From: Spirochaetia bacterium
Lineage (GTDB): Bacteria; Spirochaetota; Spirochaetia; UBA9216
Direction of reading: 5' to 3'
Assembly (NCBI GenBank): GCA_963675665.1
Contig: OY776510.1
Coordinates: 192,001-256,000, forward strand
DNA length: 64,000 nt
Below are positions 51,129-61,414 of this stretch, in pieces. Made by a program: the position numbers and the translations under genes. A model generated the notes under the pieces. That model made no database searches. It had not been told where the DNA came from and was given only the letters and a program-made list of their open reading frames with translations. Each line of letters starts with the position of its first letter. Within the stretch, counting starts at the first letter, position 1.

Positions 51129-52241
51129 ATGAAGATGAGTATTGGCGTGGATCTTCACAAAACGCAGTTTACAGTATGCCTTTTAAGTGAAGACCGAAAA
51201 ATTGATCAATTGGGAATGTATCCGACCAGCGGAAATGGTTATGGAGCATTTCTGAAAATGCTGGATGAATATTGTGAAGAGGAATATGAGTTGAGAGCAG
51301 CGGTGGAAACAACCGGGAATGCCCGTTATTTCCGCAATAAACTGTTAAAGGCTGGAGTCGAAGTGGTTGTAGTGAATACTTTGAAATTCAAGGTAGTGAA
51401 TGAATCTGTAAAAAAGACAGACAAACATGATGCACGCACCCTGGCGGAGTTTCTTGAGAAAGACATGCTGCCTGAATCGATATTATGTTCCCAAGAGAGT
51501 GAGGATATTCGAAGGGTGCTGAAATCCAGGTCGATACTGGTAAAATCTGTTGTGTCGTTAAAGAACCAGGTGCATGGCTTATTACTTGGTTATGGAATAG
51601 AGACCAAACGCGGACAGCTGCAGAGTAAAAAAGAAAGGCAGCGAATCCTGAACGGTCTCGAGGACCACGACTTTTACGGAAGCGCTGCCAAAACGGTAAT
51701 ACCGTTACTGGATATGATAGATAATCAGGCATCGCAAGTCAAGCAGCTTGAAAAGGTTTTGGCTGAGCTTGTGGAGGACGATGAAGATGTTGAGCTTCTG
51801 CAGACAATACCAGGCGTGGGTCTAATAACAGCAGCAACAGTAAGAGCCTATACAGACGATATCGGCAGATATGATAGTGCGAAGAAATATGCAGCAAACG
51901 CCGGGCTTGTGCCATGGGTGCAGAACTCAAATATGACAATACATCATGGACATATAACAAAGCGTGGGCCTGTAGAACTGAGGACAGCCTTCGTACAGAT
52001 GGTGATGGGAATGGTTCGTATGCAAAAGAAGACCGGGACGTACCGAATAATGACGAAGTATGCAGCGATGAAGAAGCAGAAAGGCTCGGGTAAGAGTGTA
52101 ATAGCTGCCGCCCGCAAGATGAGCACTTTGGTATATACAATTTTAAAAACCAGAGAGCCGTTTGATCCGATGAAAATGGCTTTTAGAAAAGAATACAGGG
52201 AAATGCAGGCAGCAGCATGGGAAGCTGTAATGGTCGGTTGA
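51129..52241 (+). CDS. IS110 family transposase/recombinase (DEDD RuvC-like + Tnp domain)
   Basis: IGVDLHK, VETTG, KTDKHDA, LQTIPGVG, AGLVP...NS (catalytic Ser position), ITKRG...LR, AAARK. Confidence 0.95.
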   Translation: MKMSIGVDLHKTQFTVCLLSEDRKIDQLGMYPTSGNGYGAFLKMLDEYCEEEYELRAAVETTGNARYFRNKLLKAGVEVVVVNTLKFKVVNESVKKTDKHDARTLAEFLEKDMLPESILCSQESEDIRRVLKSRSILVKSVVSLKNQVHGLLLGYGIETKRGQLQSKKERQRILNGLEDHDFYGSAAKTVIPLLDMIDNQASQVKQLEKVLAELVEDDEDVELLQTIPGVGLITAATVRAYTDDIGRYDSAKKYAANAGLVPWVQNSNMTIHHGHITKRGPVELRTAFVQMVMGMVRMQKKTGTYRIMTKYAAMKKQKGSGKSVIAAARKMSTLVYTILKTREPFDPMKMAFRKEYREMQAAAWEAVMVG

Positions 52242-52303
52242 TATCCGACCAGATCATAAGCTTATATTTTTAGCTTGTGGTTGACTTTTTATAGGAGATA
52301 ATA

Positions 52304-53890
52304 ATGTCGGAAATAAAATATCAGAACATAGACAAAACAAAGGCCTTCAGCAAACTGGCTGCAATGAAAAAAATATCACTGAAAGAGCTGATATCTTCAG
52401 CCCGCATAGCTGAGTATTCAATAAACGCCGGCGGAGGGTTAACATATAACTATTCAGCCAAAGCCGTGAACGGGGAAATTATTGATACCCTTGCCGAACT
52501 CAGCCTTGAACAGGAACTGGTTCAGAAATATATGGAGATTCTTTCCGGCACCCGAATGAATACCGGGGAAAACAGAATGGTGCTTCACCAGCTGACACGC
52601 GGTCAAACCGTCTCAAAAGTCACAGAGAACGGCAGAGACCTGGGCGCGTTTTACGCCGAACAGAAGCAGAGGATAGCCGATTTTGCAAACAAGGTGCATA
52701 ACGGCGAAATACTCGGATCTACGGGCAAAAAGTTCGACACGGTAGTACAGATTGGAATAGGCGGTTCGGACCTGGGCCCCAGGGCCCTTTACCTGGCGCT
52801 TGAAGGCTGGGCGGAAGTAAACAATAAATCAATGATGGATGCGCTCTTCATATCAAATGTCGACCCTGATGATGCAACAGCCGTTGCGGCCTCCATTGAT
52901 CCTGAAACAACCCTTTTTATACTTGTATCAAAAAGCGGAACAACCCAGGAAACCCTGACAAACCAGGCATTTGTTCTTGATATCGTCGGGAAAACCGGGC
53001 CGGAAAAGCTTGTGCCTGCAAAACACATGATTGCCGTAACAAGCCAGAGCAGCCCCCTGGCGGAATCCGGAGCCTTCCTTGACAGCTTCTATATTGACGA
53101 TTACATAGGCGGCCGGTATTCTTCAACCAGCGCTGTCGGAGGGGCTGTGCTCAGTCTAGCTTTCGGCCCGGACGTATTTGATTCATTTCTTGCCGGCGCC
53201 CATGATGCGGATGTAAGGGCCCTTGAAGCGGATATCAGGTTAAACGCGGCCCTGATGGATGCAATGACAGGCGTATACGAGCGCAACATTCTCGGTTACC
53301 CGTCTACGGCCGTTCTGCCTTACAGCCAGAGCCTTTCGCGATTTCCGGCGCACCTGCAACAGCTTGATATGGAAAGCAACGGAAAAAGCGTCAACCGATT
53401 CGGCGAACCTGTTGAATACAGTACCGGGCCCGTAATATTCGGTGAACCGGGAACCAACGGGCAGCATTCATTCTATCAGCTGCTTCACCAGGGCACTGAT
53501 ATTGTTCCGCTTCAGTTTATAGGTTTTAAAAGTTCTCAACGCGGTTACGATCTTGAAATCGAAGGCTCAAACAGCCAGACAAAACTGAATGCCAACCTCG
53601 CCGCCCAGATAACGGCCTTTATGCTCGGGCAGGACGACGACAATCCGAACAGGCAATTTAACGGTGGGCGCCCGTCCAGCCTTATTTACGGCTCCGATCT
53701 GAACCCGGAAGCCCTCGGCGCTCTTCTTGCACATTTTGAAAACAAGGTAATGTTCCAGGGACTTGCCTGGAATATAAACTCGTTCGATCAGGAAGGTGTC
53801 CAGCTGGGCAAACTGCTGACCAAAAAACTGCTCGGAGGCGGAGGCGCTTCAGAAACGCTTCAGGCATATTTCAACCTGCTTCAGGAGTAA
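52304..53890 (+). CDS. pgi: Glucose-6-phosphate isomerase
   Basis: IGIGGSDLGP, SKSGTTQET, IGGRYS, QQLDMESNGK, GTNGQHSFYQLLHQG, FDQEGVQLGK. Confidence 0.98.
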   Translation: MSEIKYQNIDKTKAFSKLAAMKKISLKELISSARIAEYSINAGGGLTYNYSAKAVNGEIIDTLAELSLEQELVQKYMEILSGTRMNTGENRMVLHQLTRGQTVSKVTENGRDLGAFYAEQKQRIADFANKVHNGEILGSTGKKFDTVVQIGIGGSDLGPRALYLALEGWAEVNNKSMMDALFISNVDPDDATAVAASIDPETTLFILVSKSGTTQETLTNQAFVLDIVGKTGPEKLVPAKHMIAVTSQSSPLAESGAFLDSFYIDDYIGGRYSSTSAVGGAVLSLAFGPDVFDSFLAGAHDADVRALEADIRLNAALMDAMTGVYERNILGYPSTAVLPYSQSLSRFPAHLQQLDMESNGKSVNRFGEPVEYSTGPVIFGEPGTNGQHSFYQLLHQGTDIVPLQFIGFKSSQRGYDLEIEGSNSQTKLNANLAAQITAFMLGQDDDNPNRQFNGGRPSSLIYGSDLNPEALGALLAHFENKVMFQGLAWNINSFDQEGVQLGKLLTKKLLGGGGASETLQAYFNLLQE

Positions 53891-53905
53891 AAAGAAATCA
53901 TCACG

Positions 53906-53938
53906 GCAGCTCTGATCATATACAGACAGAGCTGCTGT
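53906..53938 (+). terminator. Hairpin after pgi
   Basis: GCAGCTCTG...CAGAGCTGC inverted repeat. Confidence 0.5.
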
Positions 53939-54082
53939 TGAGTCTGTCGTTAAAAAGTTACAAAAAGAACATCCCCGGGATCCGACTTTTCTTAATTAAA
54001 ATTAATGATTTTTTAGCTTCACTTGATTTATGAGCTTCAACGAAGTAAAATGTTGTCTTAATTCAATGAAGGAGCATTTAAA

Positions 54083-55198
54083 ATGAGAATGAACAAAGCA
54101 GCAGTTTTGGTGCTGATTCTTTTTGCGCTTTGTCTCCCGCTATTTGCTGGAGGAGCTCAGGAAGAATCTTCGGACGCAACAGCGGAGGTTGAAGATTCCG
54201 TATTCAAGGTAGCTTTTGTCTACATCGGTATCCCGGGAGATCTGGGCTGGACTTTTGAGCACGATCGCGGACGCCTCGGTGCAGTAGCCGCCCTTGGAGA
54301 CAAGATCGAAACGGCTTATGTTGAAAACGTTCCGGAAGGCCCTGATGCAACAAGGGTAATCCGACAATTCGCACAGCAGGGCTTCGATATGATCTGGACT
54401 ACATCTTTCGGCTATATGGATCCGACTTACGAAGTTGCAGAGGAATACCCCGACGTAATCTTTGAGCACTGTTCAGGATACAAAACCCTGGATAACATGG
54501 GCAACTACTTCGGCAGAATCTATCAGTCGAGATACCTCAGCGGCATGGTTGCCGGCGCTCAGACAAGTTCCGATATCATAGGATATGTGGGAGCTTTTCC
54601 GATTCCCGAGGTTGTCCGCGGAATCAACGCTTTTACTCTCGGCGTTCAAAAAACCAACCCGAATGCCGTTGTAAAGGTTGTATGGACCAATACCTGGTAT
54701 GACCCTGTTGTTGAACGTGAAGCAGCTGTTGCTCTCCTTGACGCAGGCGCAGATATTATTGCCCAGCATCAGGACACAACCGAACCCCAGAAGGCAGCAC
54801 AGGAACGCGGTGCATATTCGATCGGTTACCATTCCGACATGGCCAAATTCGTAGGAGATTCAGTTCTCGTCAGCGCCATGTGGGAATTTTCCGGTTACTA
54901 TACAGAAACCATAAAAGCAGCAATGAACGGAACCTGGAAAAGCCAGTCGTACTGGGGCGGTTTGAACGACGGAGTCGTCAAACTGTCGGATTTCAGCCCG
55001 CTTGTTCCCGAAGATGTAAAAAGCCTTGTAATGTCAGAAAAGGCTAAAATAGAATCCGGCGAATGGGATGTATTCAACGGACCGGTTTATGATCAGTCAG
55101 GCGCTGCTGCTATTGCCGCCGGAACTGTTCCCTCCGATGGTGATCTGCTCGGCATGAGCTGGTTCGTAAAAGGCGTTGAAGGTTCGGTAAACCAGTAG
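54083..55198 (+). CDS. BMP family ABC transporter substrate-binding protein (purine/nucleoside)
   Basis: GDLGWTFEHDRGR, TTSFGY, FPIPEVVRGINAF, WYDP, QHQD. Confidence 0.92.
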   Translation: MRMNKAAVLVLILFALCLPLFAGGAQEESSDATAEVEDSVFKVAFVYIGIPGDLGWTFEHDRGRLGAVAALGDKIETAYVENVPEGPDATRVIRQFAQQGFDMIWTTSFGYMDPTYEVAEEYPDVIFEHCSGYKTLDNMGNYFGRIYQSRYLSGMVAGAQTSSDIIGYVGAFPIPEVVRGINAFTLGVQKTNPNAVVKVVWTNTWYDPVVEREAAVALLDAGADIIAQHQDTTEPQKAAQERGAYSIGYHSDMAKFVGDSVLVSAMWEFSGYYTETIKAAMNGTWKSQSYWGGLNDGVVKLSDFSPLVPEDVKSLVMSEKAKIESGEWDVFNGPVYDQSGAAAIAAGTVPSDGDLLGMSWFVKGVEGSVNQ

Positions 55199-55323
55199 AA
55201 TTCTATTTACCGAATATTAACGGGAACAATCCCGTTTTTGAAATTAAAAACTTGCAGGCCCGGCTGGGCAGACAGTCAGCCGGGCTTTTTTCCGCAGTCA
55301 ATGCGGATTCCGGGGTGTTTCAT

Positions 55324-56874
55324 ATGTTGGAAAACGACAGCTATATCGATCATGACAGTCCGCCCAAGGTTCTTGAAATGCGCGGAATCACAAAAGAATT
55401 TCCCGGAGTGGTTGCAAACGATCATATTGATCTTGAACTGTTCAAGGGAGAAGTGCTTGCACTTCTGGGAGAAAACGGGGCCGGCAAGAGCTCTCTGATG
55501 AATGTACTTATTGGCCTGTACAGACCGGATGCGGGAGAAATCTTCGTAAACGGAAACCAGGTCCATATACATTCACCAAAGGACTCCATGGAACTCGGCA
55601 TCGGCATGGTTCATCAGAATTTTAAATTGATTGACACCATGACGGTAGTCGAGAATGTCGTTCTAGGTGAACCCAATCTGAAATTTGTACCGAACCTCAA
55701 AAAGGCAGCCGCCCGGGTCAGGGAGATCTCCGGTCATTACAACCTGAATGTAAATCCGGCCCGTTATGTCGGTGAGCTTAGCGTCGGAGAACGACAGCGC
55801 GTTGAAATTCTGAAACTGATATTTCGCGGAGCTGAAATTCTGATACTCGATGAACCTACAGCTGTGCTTACTCCGCAGGAATCGGAAGAGCTCTGCAACA
55901 TTATCAGGCAAATGACCTCCGAGGGCAAATCGGCAATATTTATCACCCACAAGATGGATGAAGTTATCCGGTTTTCAGACTGGGTGCGGGTCCTTAAAAA
56001 GGGAAAGGTAACAGCAGTAAAGAAAACCGCCGAGACAAACCCGGCTGAACTTGCACGCCTGATGGTCGGACGAGAGGTTCTTTTCAATATTGAAAAAAAT
56101 CCTTCCATCCCCGGTGAAACAGTACTGGAGGTCAAAGAGGCAACCGCCAGAGATGCAGACGGTCTGAAGGTTCTGGATAATGTTTCTCTCTCCGTCCGCC
56201 GGGGTGAAATCCTGGGCATCGCCGGAGTCGCGGGAAACGGGCAGGTTGAACTGACTGAAATAGTAACCGGATTGCGCAAACTTGAAAAAGGCGAGGTTTT
56301 TCTGAACAGTATAAATCGCACAAACCGAACACCCTTTGAAATGATCCGCGCCGGGGTAAGCCATATACCCTCGGACAGAATTGCAATGGGTATAGTCGGA
56401 GATATGAGCGTGGCAAACAACCTGGTTATGAAAGGCTATCGTGCAAAACCGATAATAAGCGGCGGTGTTCTGCGAAGATCGCGTATTATTGATTTTGCAA
56501 AGAAGATGATCTCGCTTTTTAATATTACAACTCCCAGCACCCAGACTCATGTAAAATTTCTCTCAGGCGGAAACATTCAGAAAACCATTCTGGCACGCGA
56601 AATTGATGCCTGCGGAGATCTGCTTGTAGCGGCATACCCGTCAAGGGGGCTTGATGTAGGAGCAACCGAAGCAGTCAGAATCGAGATTGTAAAACAGCGG
56701 GATGAAAACAGGGCGGTGTTGCTTATATCCGAAGATCTTGAAGAATTAATGAGTATTTCAGACCGAATCGGAGTAATGTACGAAGGCCGAATAATAGGGT
56801 TTGTCGAAGCTGCCGGCTGCGATATAAATGAAATCGGGCTTATGATGGCCGGAATGACAGGCAAGGAGCTCTGA
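55324..56874 (+). CDS. Nucleoside ABC transporter ATP-binding protein
   Basis: GENGAGKS, IGMVHQ, LSVGERQRVEI, GIAGVAGNGQ, LSGGNIQK, RGLDVGA; start uncertain. Confidence 0.93.
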   Translation: MLENDSYIDHDSPPKVLEMRGITKEFPGVVANDHIDLELFKGEVLALLGENGAGKSSLMNVLIGLYRPDAGEIFVNGNQVHIHSPKDSMELGIGMVHQNFKLIDTMTVVENVVLGEPNLKFVPNLKKAAARVREISGHYNLNVNPARYVGELSVGERQRVEILKLIFRGAEILILDEPTAVLTPQESEELCNIIRQMTSEGKSAIFITHKMDEVIRFSDWVRVLKKGKVTAVKKTAETNPAELARLMVGREVLFNIEKNPSIPGETVLEVKEATARDADGLKVLDNVSLSVRRGEILGIAGVAGNGQVELTEIVTGLRKLEKGEVFLNSINRTNRTPFEMIRAGVSHIPSDRIAMGIVGDMSVANNLVMKGYRAKPIISGGVLRRSRIIDFAKKMISLFNITTPSTQTHVKFLSGGNIQKTILAREIDACGDLLVAAYPSRGLDVGATEAVRIEIVKQRDENRAVLLISEDLEELMSISDRIGVMYEGRIIGFVEAAGCDINEIGLMMAGMTGKEL

Positions 56875-56876
56875 TA

Positions 56877-57950
56877 ATGAGAATGCATTTTGAAAAGCGT
56901 AGAACATATTCTCCGGCTGTTGCAGTTCTGACGCCGGTAATTTCATTTATTGTATCGCTTCTACTTACCGCAGTAATGCTTGCCGCAGTCAAACTTGAAC
57001 CGTTCGAAGTATATTCGGCAATGTTAAAAGGCGCTTTCGGAAGCTGGCGCGATTTTACTGAAACACTGGTCAAGGCTATTCCCCTGATTCTGACAAGCAT
57101 AGGGGTTTCCGTCGCCTTCAAACTGAAATTCTGGAACATCGGGGCTGAAGGTCAGCTTGTTTTCGGCGGAATAGCTGCCAGCTGGGTAGCGTTATTCTGG
57201 TCTTCATGGCTGCCGGCCCCCATTCTGCTGCCGACAGCAATTATTATCGGTGCAGTTGCCGGCGGAATTTACGCAGGGATTCCCGCCTTTCTCAAGGTTA
57301 AACTGAAAGTTGACGAAACCCTGACTACCCTGATGCTTAATTATGCCGCAATAATCGCCTACGACGGCATCTACAGCGGCCCGTGGCGCGACCCCCATGG
57401 TTACGGATTTCCCGGGACGGCCCGGTTTCCGGAAGCGGCATGGCTTCCGCGTCTTTCCGGAAGAGCCCATATGGGGCTGGTTTTCGCTCTGGTTATTGCG
57501 GCGCTGCTGTGGTTCGCTTTTTATAAAACCAAATGGGGATTTGAGCTGCAGATGATAGGTAATAATAAAAAAGCGGCAAGAGTCCTTGGAGTAAATATCG
57601 GAAAGAATATTCTTGTTGCGCTGTTTATTTCAGGCGCGGTTGCCGGTATTGCAGGAGCCTGTGAAGTCACAGGTATAGCGCGAAGACTTCAGCAGGGACT
57701 CTCGCTTGGATACGGATATACCGCAATTATTATCGCATGGATGAGCAGGCTCAACCCTGTTATATGTGTGCCTGTCTCTATTATAATGGCCGGGCTTCTG
57801 GTCGGTGGAGACAGCGTACAGATAATGATGGGAGTGCCTTCGGCAATGGGTGAAGTTATGCAGGGCATGATTCTTTTCCCGATGCTTGCAGGTTCAATAT
57901 TCTCCGAATACCGGCTCAGGATATCATGGACAGCGGAGGCAAAGTCATGA
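56877..57950 (+). CDS. Nucleoside ABC transporter permease
   Basis: WNIGAEGQ, TLMLNY, GYGYTAI. Confidence 0.92.
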   Translation: MRMHFEKRRTYSPAVAVLTPVISFIVSLLLTAVMLAAVKLEPFEVYSAMLKGAFGSWRDFTETLVKAIPLILTSIGVSVAFKLKFWNIGAEGQLVFGGIAASWVALFWSSWLPAPILLPTAIIIGAVAGGIYAGIPAFLKVKLKVDETLTTLMLNYAAIIAYDGIYSGPWRDPHGYGFPGTARFPEAAWLPRLSGRAHMGLVFALVIAALLWFAFYKTKWGFELQMIGNNKKAARVLGVNIGKNILVALFISGAVAGIAGACEVTGIARRLQQGLSLGYGYTAIIIAWMSRLNPVICVPVSIIMAGLLVGGDSVQIMMGVPSAMGEVMQGMILFPMLAGSIFSEYRLRISWTAEAKS

Positions 57951-58903
57951 TACTGCTTCTATCATCAATTATTGCCATTACGCTTAAAGCCGGAACCTCG
58001 CTTGTATTTGCTACAATCGGAGAAATTTATACGGAAAAATCCGGTATCCTGAACCTCGGAATTGAAGGGATAATGCTGATGGCGGCCGTAATATCGTTCA
58101 CAGTTTCATATTACACGGGAAGCCTGTTTGCAGCAATTCTTGCAGCGATGCTGACCGGCGGGCTGCTTTCGCTGCTTCATGCCTTTCTATCCATAACCAT
58201 GCGCGCGCAACAGGTGGTAAGCGGCCTGAGCATAACACTCTTCGGAACAGGCATGGCAAGCTTTCTCGGGCAGACACTGGGCCCTGAAACAAACCACAAC
58301 TACATGATTGGTCTGAACGCTGCAAAATTTAAGGCAATAGTAATACCCGGCCTGTCCAAGCTGCCGGTAAAAGGAGCCGTATTCAACCAGGATCTTTTAA
58401 CCTACATAGTATTACTGCTCCTTCCGGCTGCATGGTTTTTCATGTTCAAAACAAAATACGGACTGAACCTTCGCGCCGTAGGAGAAAACCCGCAGACTGC
58501 CGACGCCATGGGAATCAATGTAACTGCAGTCCGCTACATTTCAACTGTTTTCGGCGGTATAATGGCCGGCATCGGCGGCGCACACCTTTCTCTTTCGTAT
58601 ACGCCGGGCTGGACTGAGAACATTACCGGCGGCAGGGGATGGATTGTTATTGCTCTGGTGATCTTCTCGCTCTGGAACCCTTCGCGTGCAATCTGGGGAG
58701 CCATTCTTTTCGGCGGCATTAACGCAGTTCAGTTCAGGCTTCAGGCCTCCGGCGCCGAGATTCCCGCCCCTATACTGAACATGATGCCCTATCTTGTCAC
58801 AATAGCGGTACTGGTAATAATAACAGTCTGGGAAAACCGTAAAAGAAGCGCGGGCGGGGCCCCTGCCGCGCTTGCATCGCCATATCTGCGCGAGGAAAAA
58901 TGA
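57947..58903 (+). CDS. Nucleoside ABC transporter permease
   Basis: EKSGILNLGIEG, LRAVGENP, GRGWIVIALV, PAAL..PY.RE. Confidence 0.92.
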   Translation: MILLLSSIIAITLKAGTSLVFATIGEIYTEKSGILNLGIEGIMLMAAVISFTVSYYTGSLFAAILAAMLTGGLLSLLHAFLSITMRAQQVVSGLSITLFGTGMASFLGQTLGPETNHNYMIGLNAAKFKAIVIPGLSKLPVKGAVFNQDLLTYIVLLLLPAAWFFMFKTKYGLNLRAVGENPQTADAMGINVTAVRYISTVFGGIMAGIGGAHLSLSYTPGWTENITGGRGWIVIALVIFSLWNPSRAIWGAILFGGINAVQFRLQASGAEIPAPILNMMPYLVTIAVLVIITVWENRKRSAGGAPAALASPYLREEK

Positions 58904-58925
58904 AGTTTGCCGTGACTGTAACGAA

Positions 58926-59765
58926 TTATCTGCTGCCGGTTGCAGATCGCGGTTCTTCAATTCTCCGGTCGGCAAAAACATCTTTATAAACAGCTATCAG
59001 CCGGCTTCTGCTGTGAATGCCGGTCTTTAAAAATATATTATTAAGATGACTTTTAACTGTTGCTACGGAAATATTCATGAAACCCGCCAGCTCTTCATTT
59101 GATACCATTCTGTAAAAACAGAGCGCCAACATTACTTCATATTCTTTCCGCGTAAATTCGACATTCTCTATCTCTGCAGCCGTCAGACGTTTTTTCAGTT
59201 CCGCCCCGAACGGCACGATCCTGCGGGCTATATCCAGTTCGTTTTTTAATCGGGAGTACCTTTTTCTTAGAAATTTACTGAAATCAATATATATAAAATA
59301 AAACACAGCATATATGACAATAACAAACAGCAGTTCATGAACAATACTGATATTGGCGTCGCCTTTCCATAATTCATGTATAAGCAGTAATGCACAATTA
59401 TATACCAATGTCAGAAGAAGCATTTTTGATGCGAGAAAGGAATACCTGTATGCAAGAACAAGGGCGATAATAAATATAATTACTCCGGCAAGGTCTCCGC
59501 TGTTTATGCTGACCACTGTTCCAAGAATGTAAAGCAGCATTGTCTGGTACTGTTTGGAATAGTATCTCAACCCTGAATTTCGTTTTGATCTCAAGGTAAT
59601 AGTTACTACAAGCAAACCTGCCGCAAAGCACAACGAATAATTTATAAAAGTAACTGCTGTTCTGTCTCCGGCTATGAAATAACGCATTATAAAACCGGTA
59701 ATGCCTATAAGAGAACCTGTTATTCCCAGAAAAAGACCGAGCCTGTAATAAAATTTACTAATCAT
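58926..59765 (-). CDS. Membrane-embedded regulator with C-terminal LuxR-type HTH
   Basis: About 5-6 TM, then FTRKEYEV...SNEELA..MNISVATVKSHLNNIFLKTGIHSR. Confidence 0.82.
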   Translation of the reverse strand: MISKFYYRLGLFLGITGSLIGITGFIMRYFIAGDRTAVTFINYSLCFAAGLLVVTITLRSKRNSGLRYYSKQYQTMLLYILGTVVSINSGDLAGVIIFIIALVLAYRYSFLASKMLLLTLVYNCALLLIHELWKGDANISIVHELLFVIVIYAVFYFIYIDFSKFLRKRYSRLKNELDIARRIVPFGAELKKRLTAAEIENVEFTRKEYEVMLALCFYRMVSNEELAGFMNISVATVKSHLNNIFLKTGIHSRSRLIAVYKDVFADRRIEEPRSATGSR

Positions 59766-59838
59766 TTTCCCTCAAATGCTTATCCTGTATAATTATATTC
59801 TACCATATTTACGGCATTCTATGATATATTTGAGATAT

Positions 59839-61392
59839 ATGAAAAAAGAGAAAGATATTTTAGATGAAACAGTAAGACTGTGCGCAGCGCTTTCAGCAGA
59901 AAACAGACTGCAACCGATGATTTCCATTCTTGTGGACCAGACTTTGGACATCAGCCGCTCCGAACTGGCAGGGCTTTATCTGTATCCTGAAGATGAAGGG
60001 AATCCAAGGCTTGTATACCAGCGCGGCTGGTATTCGTTTCCGCCCGAGTTGAAACGCCGATCCGAGCTTATTCGTTTTGCAGAAGACTGCTGCGAAGCAA
60101 TTGTGTTACTGCAGCGAAAGAAATCTCCTTTCACCGGAATTCTTCTTGACGGGAAAATGAACAGCGGCATAATTCTGCCGCTTAACACTTCTACTGAAAA
60201 AATCGGATATCTTGTCCTCAATTCAGACAGGGACAATTTTTACTGCGGCAGCAAATTCAGATTTCTTGAATCTGTTTCCAAATTTGCAGGAGGGCTGCTG
60301 CATAATTCCGTCCTATACAATCAACTCAAAGAATACGTCAAGAAAATTGAAGCAATGGAACGATATCAGAATAATATTTTCAGCTCCATGTCGGATCTGC
60401 TTATCACGACAAATCCCGACGGGAGCATACACTATTTTAATGAGGCAGCCGCCAGGAAACTGGGCCTCTCGGATGGAAATATCGGTAATCAGATTAATAA
60501 TTTCTTTAACAAAAAACTCACAAAAAAGGTTCTGACAGCTATAGAAAAAGCGGAATCTGCCGGCGACACCCTCCTCGGGCTTGAGGGAATTATGAAAACG
60601 ACTGATGCAAATATCGACTACTCCCTGAATATTACTCCGCTAAAAGGAAAACGGGGTCGAAATGAAGGATTAACTCTGCTTTTCAAGGATCAGAGCGCCG
60701 AAATGGAGATGAAAAACAAAATGAGCGTCGCCATAGAAGAAAGGCGCGTTATCAAGGATATGTTCTCCAGGTATCTTTCAAACGACATTATTAACCATTT
60801 GATGGAAAGCCCCGAACTGGTAAGTCCGGGCGGGTCAAAAAAGATTGCAACCGTCTTCTTCGCAGACATAAGGGGATACACAGCCTTTTCAGAAACCCAG
60901 GAGCCTGAAGTAATCATTGAAATACTTAACGAATATTTCACCGAAGCTGTTGAAATCGTCATTAATTACGGCGGTTATATCGACAAGTTTATCGGCGACT
61001 GTATAATGGCAGCCTGGGGGGTTCCACTTTCAAACAAGGAAGAAGATGCCATCAAGGCGGTATCATGCGCTGTCGAGATTCAAAAGCTTGTAGCTTCAAA
61101 ACAAAGAAAATTCTTTAAGGGAAGAGCTAAATCGCTTAAAATCGGAATAGGTATGCATTCAGGCCCCCTGGTAGCAGGAAATCTCGGAAGCTCAAGACGC
61201 ATGGACTATTCAATGATCGGAGATACGGTAAACCTTGCGGCCAGACTCGAAGGTGTGGCCGGACCGGATGAAATAATAATTACCGGAACAACACGCAGCA
61301 TGCTTGACAACAGTTTTAACCTGGAACGCCGAACTCCCGTCAAAGTTAAAGGAAAGAAAGATCCAATAGAAATTTATAATGTAGCCGTCTGA
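59839..61392 (+). CDS. Class III adenylate cyclase with GAF and PAS domains
   Basis: FADIRGYT, DKFIGD, DYSMIGDTVNLAARLE (ATP-specifying K and D); N-terminal GAF-like and MSDLLITT..DG PAS. Confidence 0.9.
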   Translation: MKKEKDILDETVRLCAALSAENRLQPMISILVDQTLDISRSELAGLYLYPEDEGNPRLVYQRGWYSFPPELKRRSELIRFAEDCCEAIVLLQRKKSPFTGILLDGKMNSGIILPLNTSTEKIGYLVLNSDRDNFYCGSKFRFLESVSKFAGGLLHNSVLYNQLKEYVKKIEAMERYQNNIFSSMSDLLITTNPDGSIHYFNEAAARKLGLSDGNIGNQINNFFNKKLTKKVLTAIEKAESAGDTLLGLEGIMKTTDANIDYSLNITPLKGKRGRNEGLTLLFKDQSAEMEMKNKMSVAIEERRVIKDMFSRYLSNDIINHLMESPELVSPGGSKKIATVFFADIRGYTAFSETQEPEVIIEILNEYFTEAVEIVINYGGYIDKFIGDCIMAAWGVPLSNKEEDAIKAVSCAVEIQKLVASKQRKFFKGRAKSLKIGIGMHSGPLVAGNLGSSRRMDYSMIGDTVNLAARLEGVAGPDEIIITGTTRSMLDNSFNLERRTPVKVKGKKDPIEIYNVAV

Positions 61393-61414
61393 CATCGGCA
61401 ATGGAGGAAAGATA

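Larger units (their letters stand above)
50916..52297 (+). mobile_element. IS110-family insertion sequence inserted in the pgi Shine-Dalgarno sequence
   Basis: AGGAG at both junctions (50911-50915 and 52293-52297); sub-terminal IR ATAAAAAGTC(50921-50930)/GACTTTTTAT(52283-52292); TTGACT near the right end; removing the element rebuilds TTTAAAGGAGATAATAATG. Confidence 0.88.

Noticed and set aside
52281-52304. Hybrid promoter formed from the IS -35 (TTGACT) and the flanking TAATAAT
   Set aside because: Spacing is only about 12-13 bp and the -10 would overlap the pgi start codon
53940-54082. Purine riboswitch upstream of the BMP/nucleoside transporter
   Set aside because: No purine-aptamer core or P2/P3 loops visible
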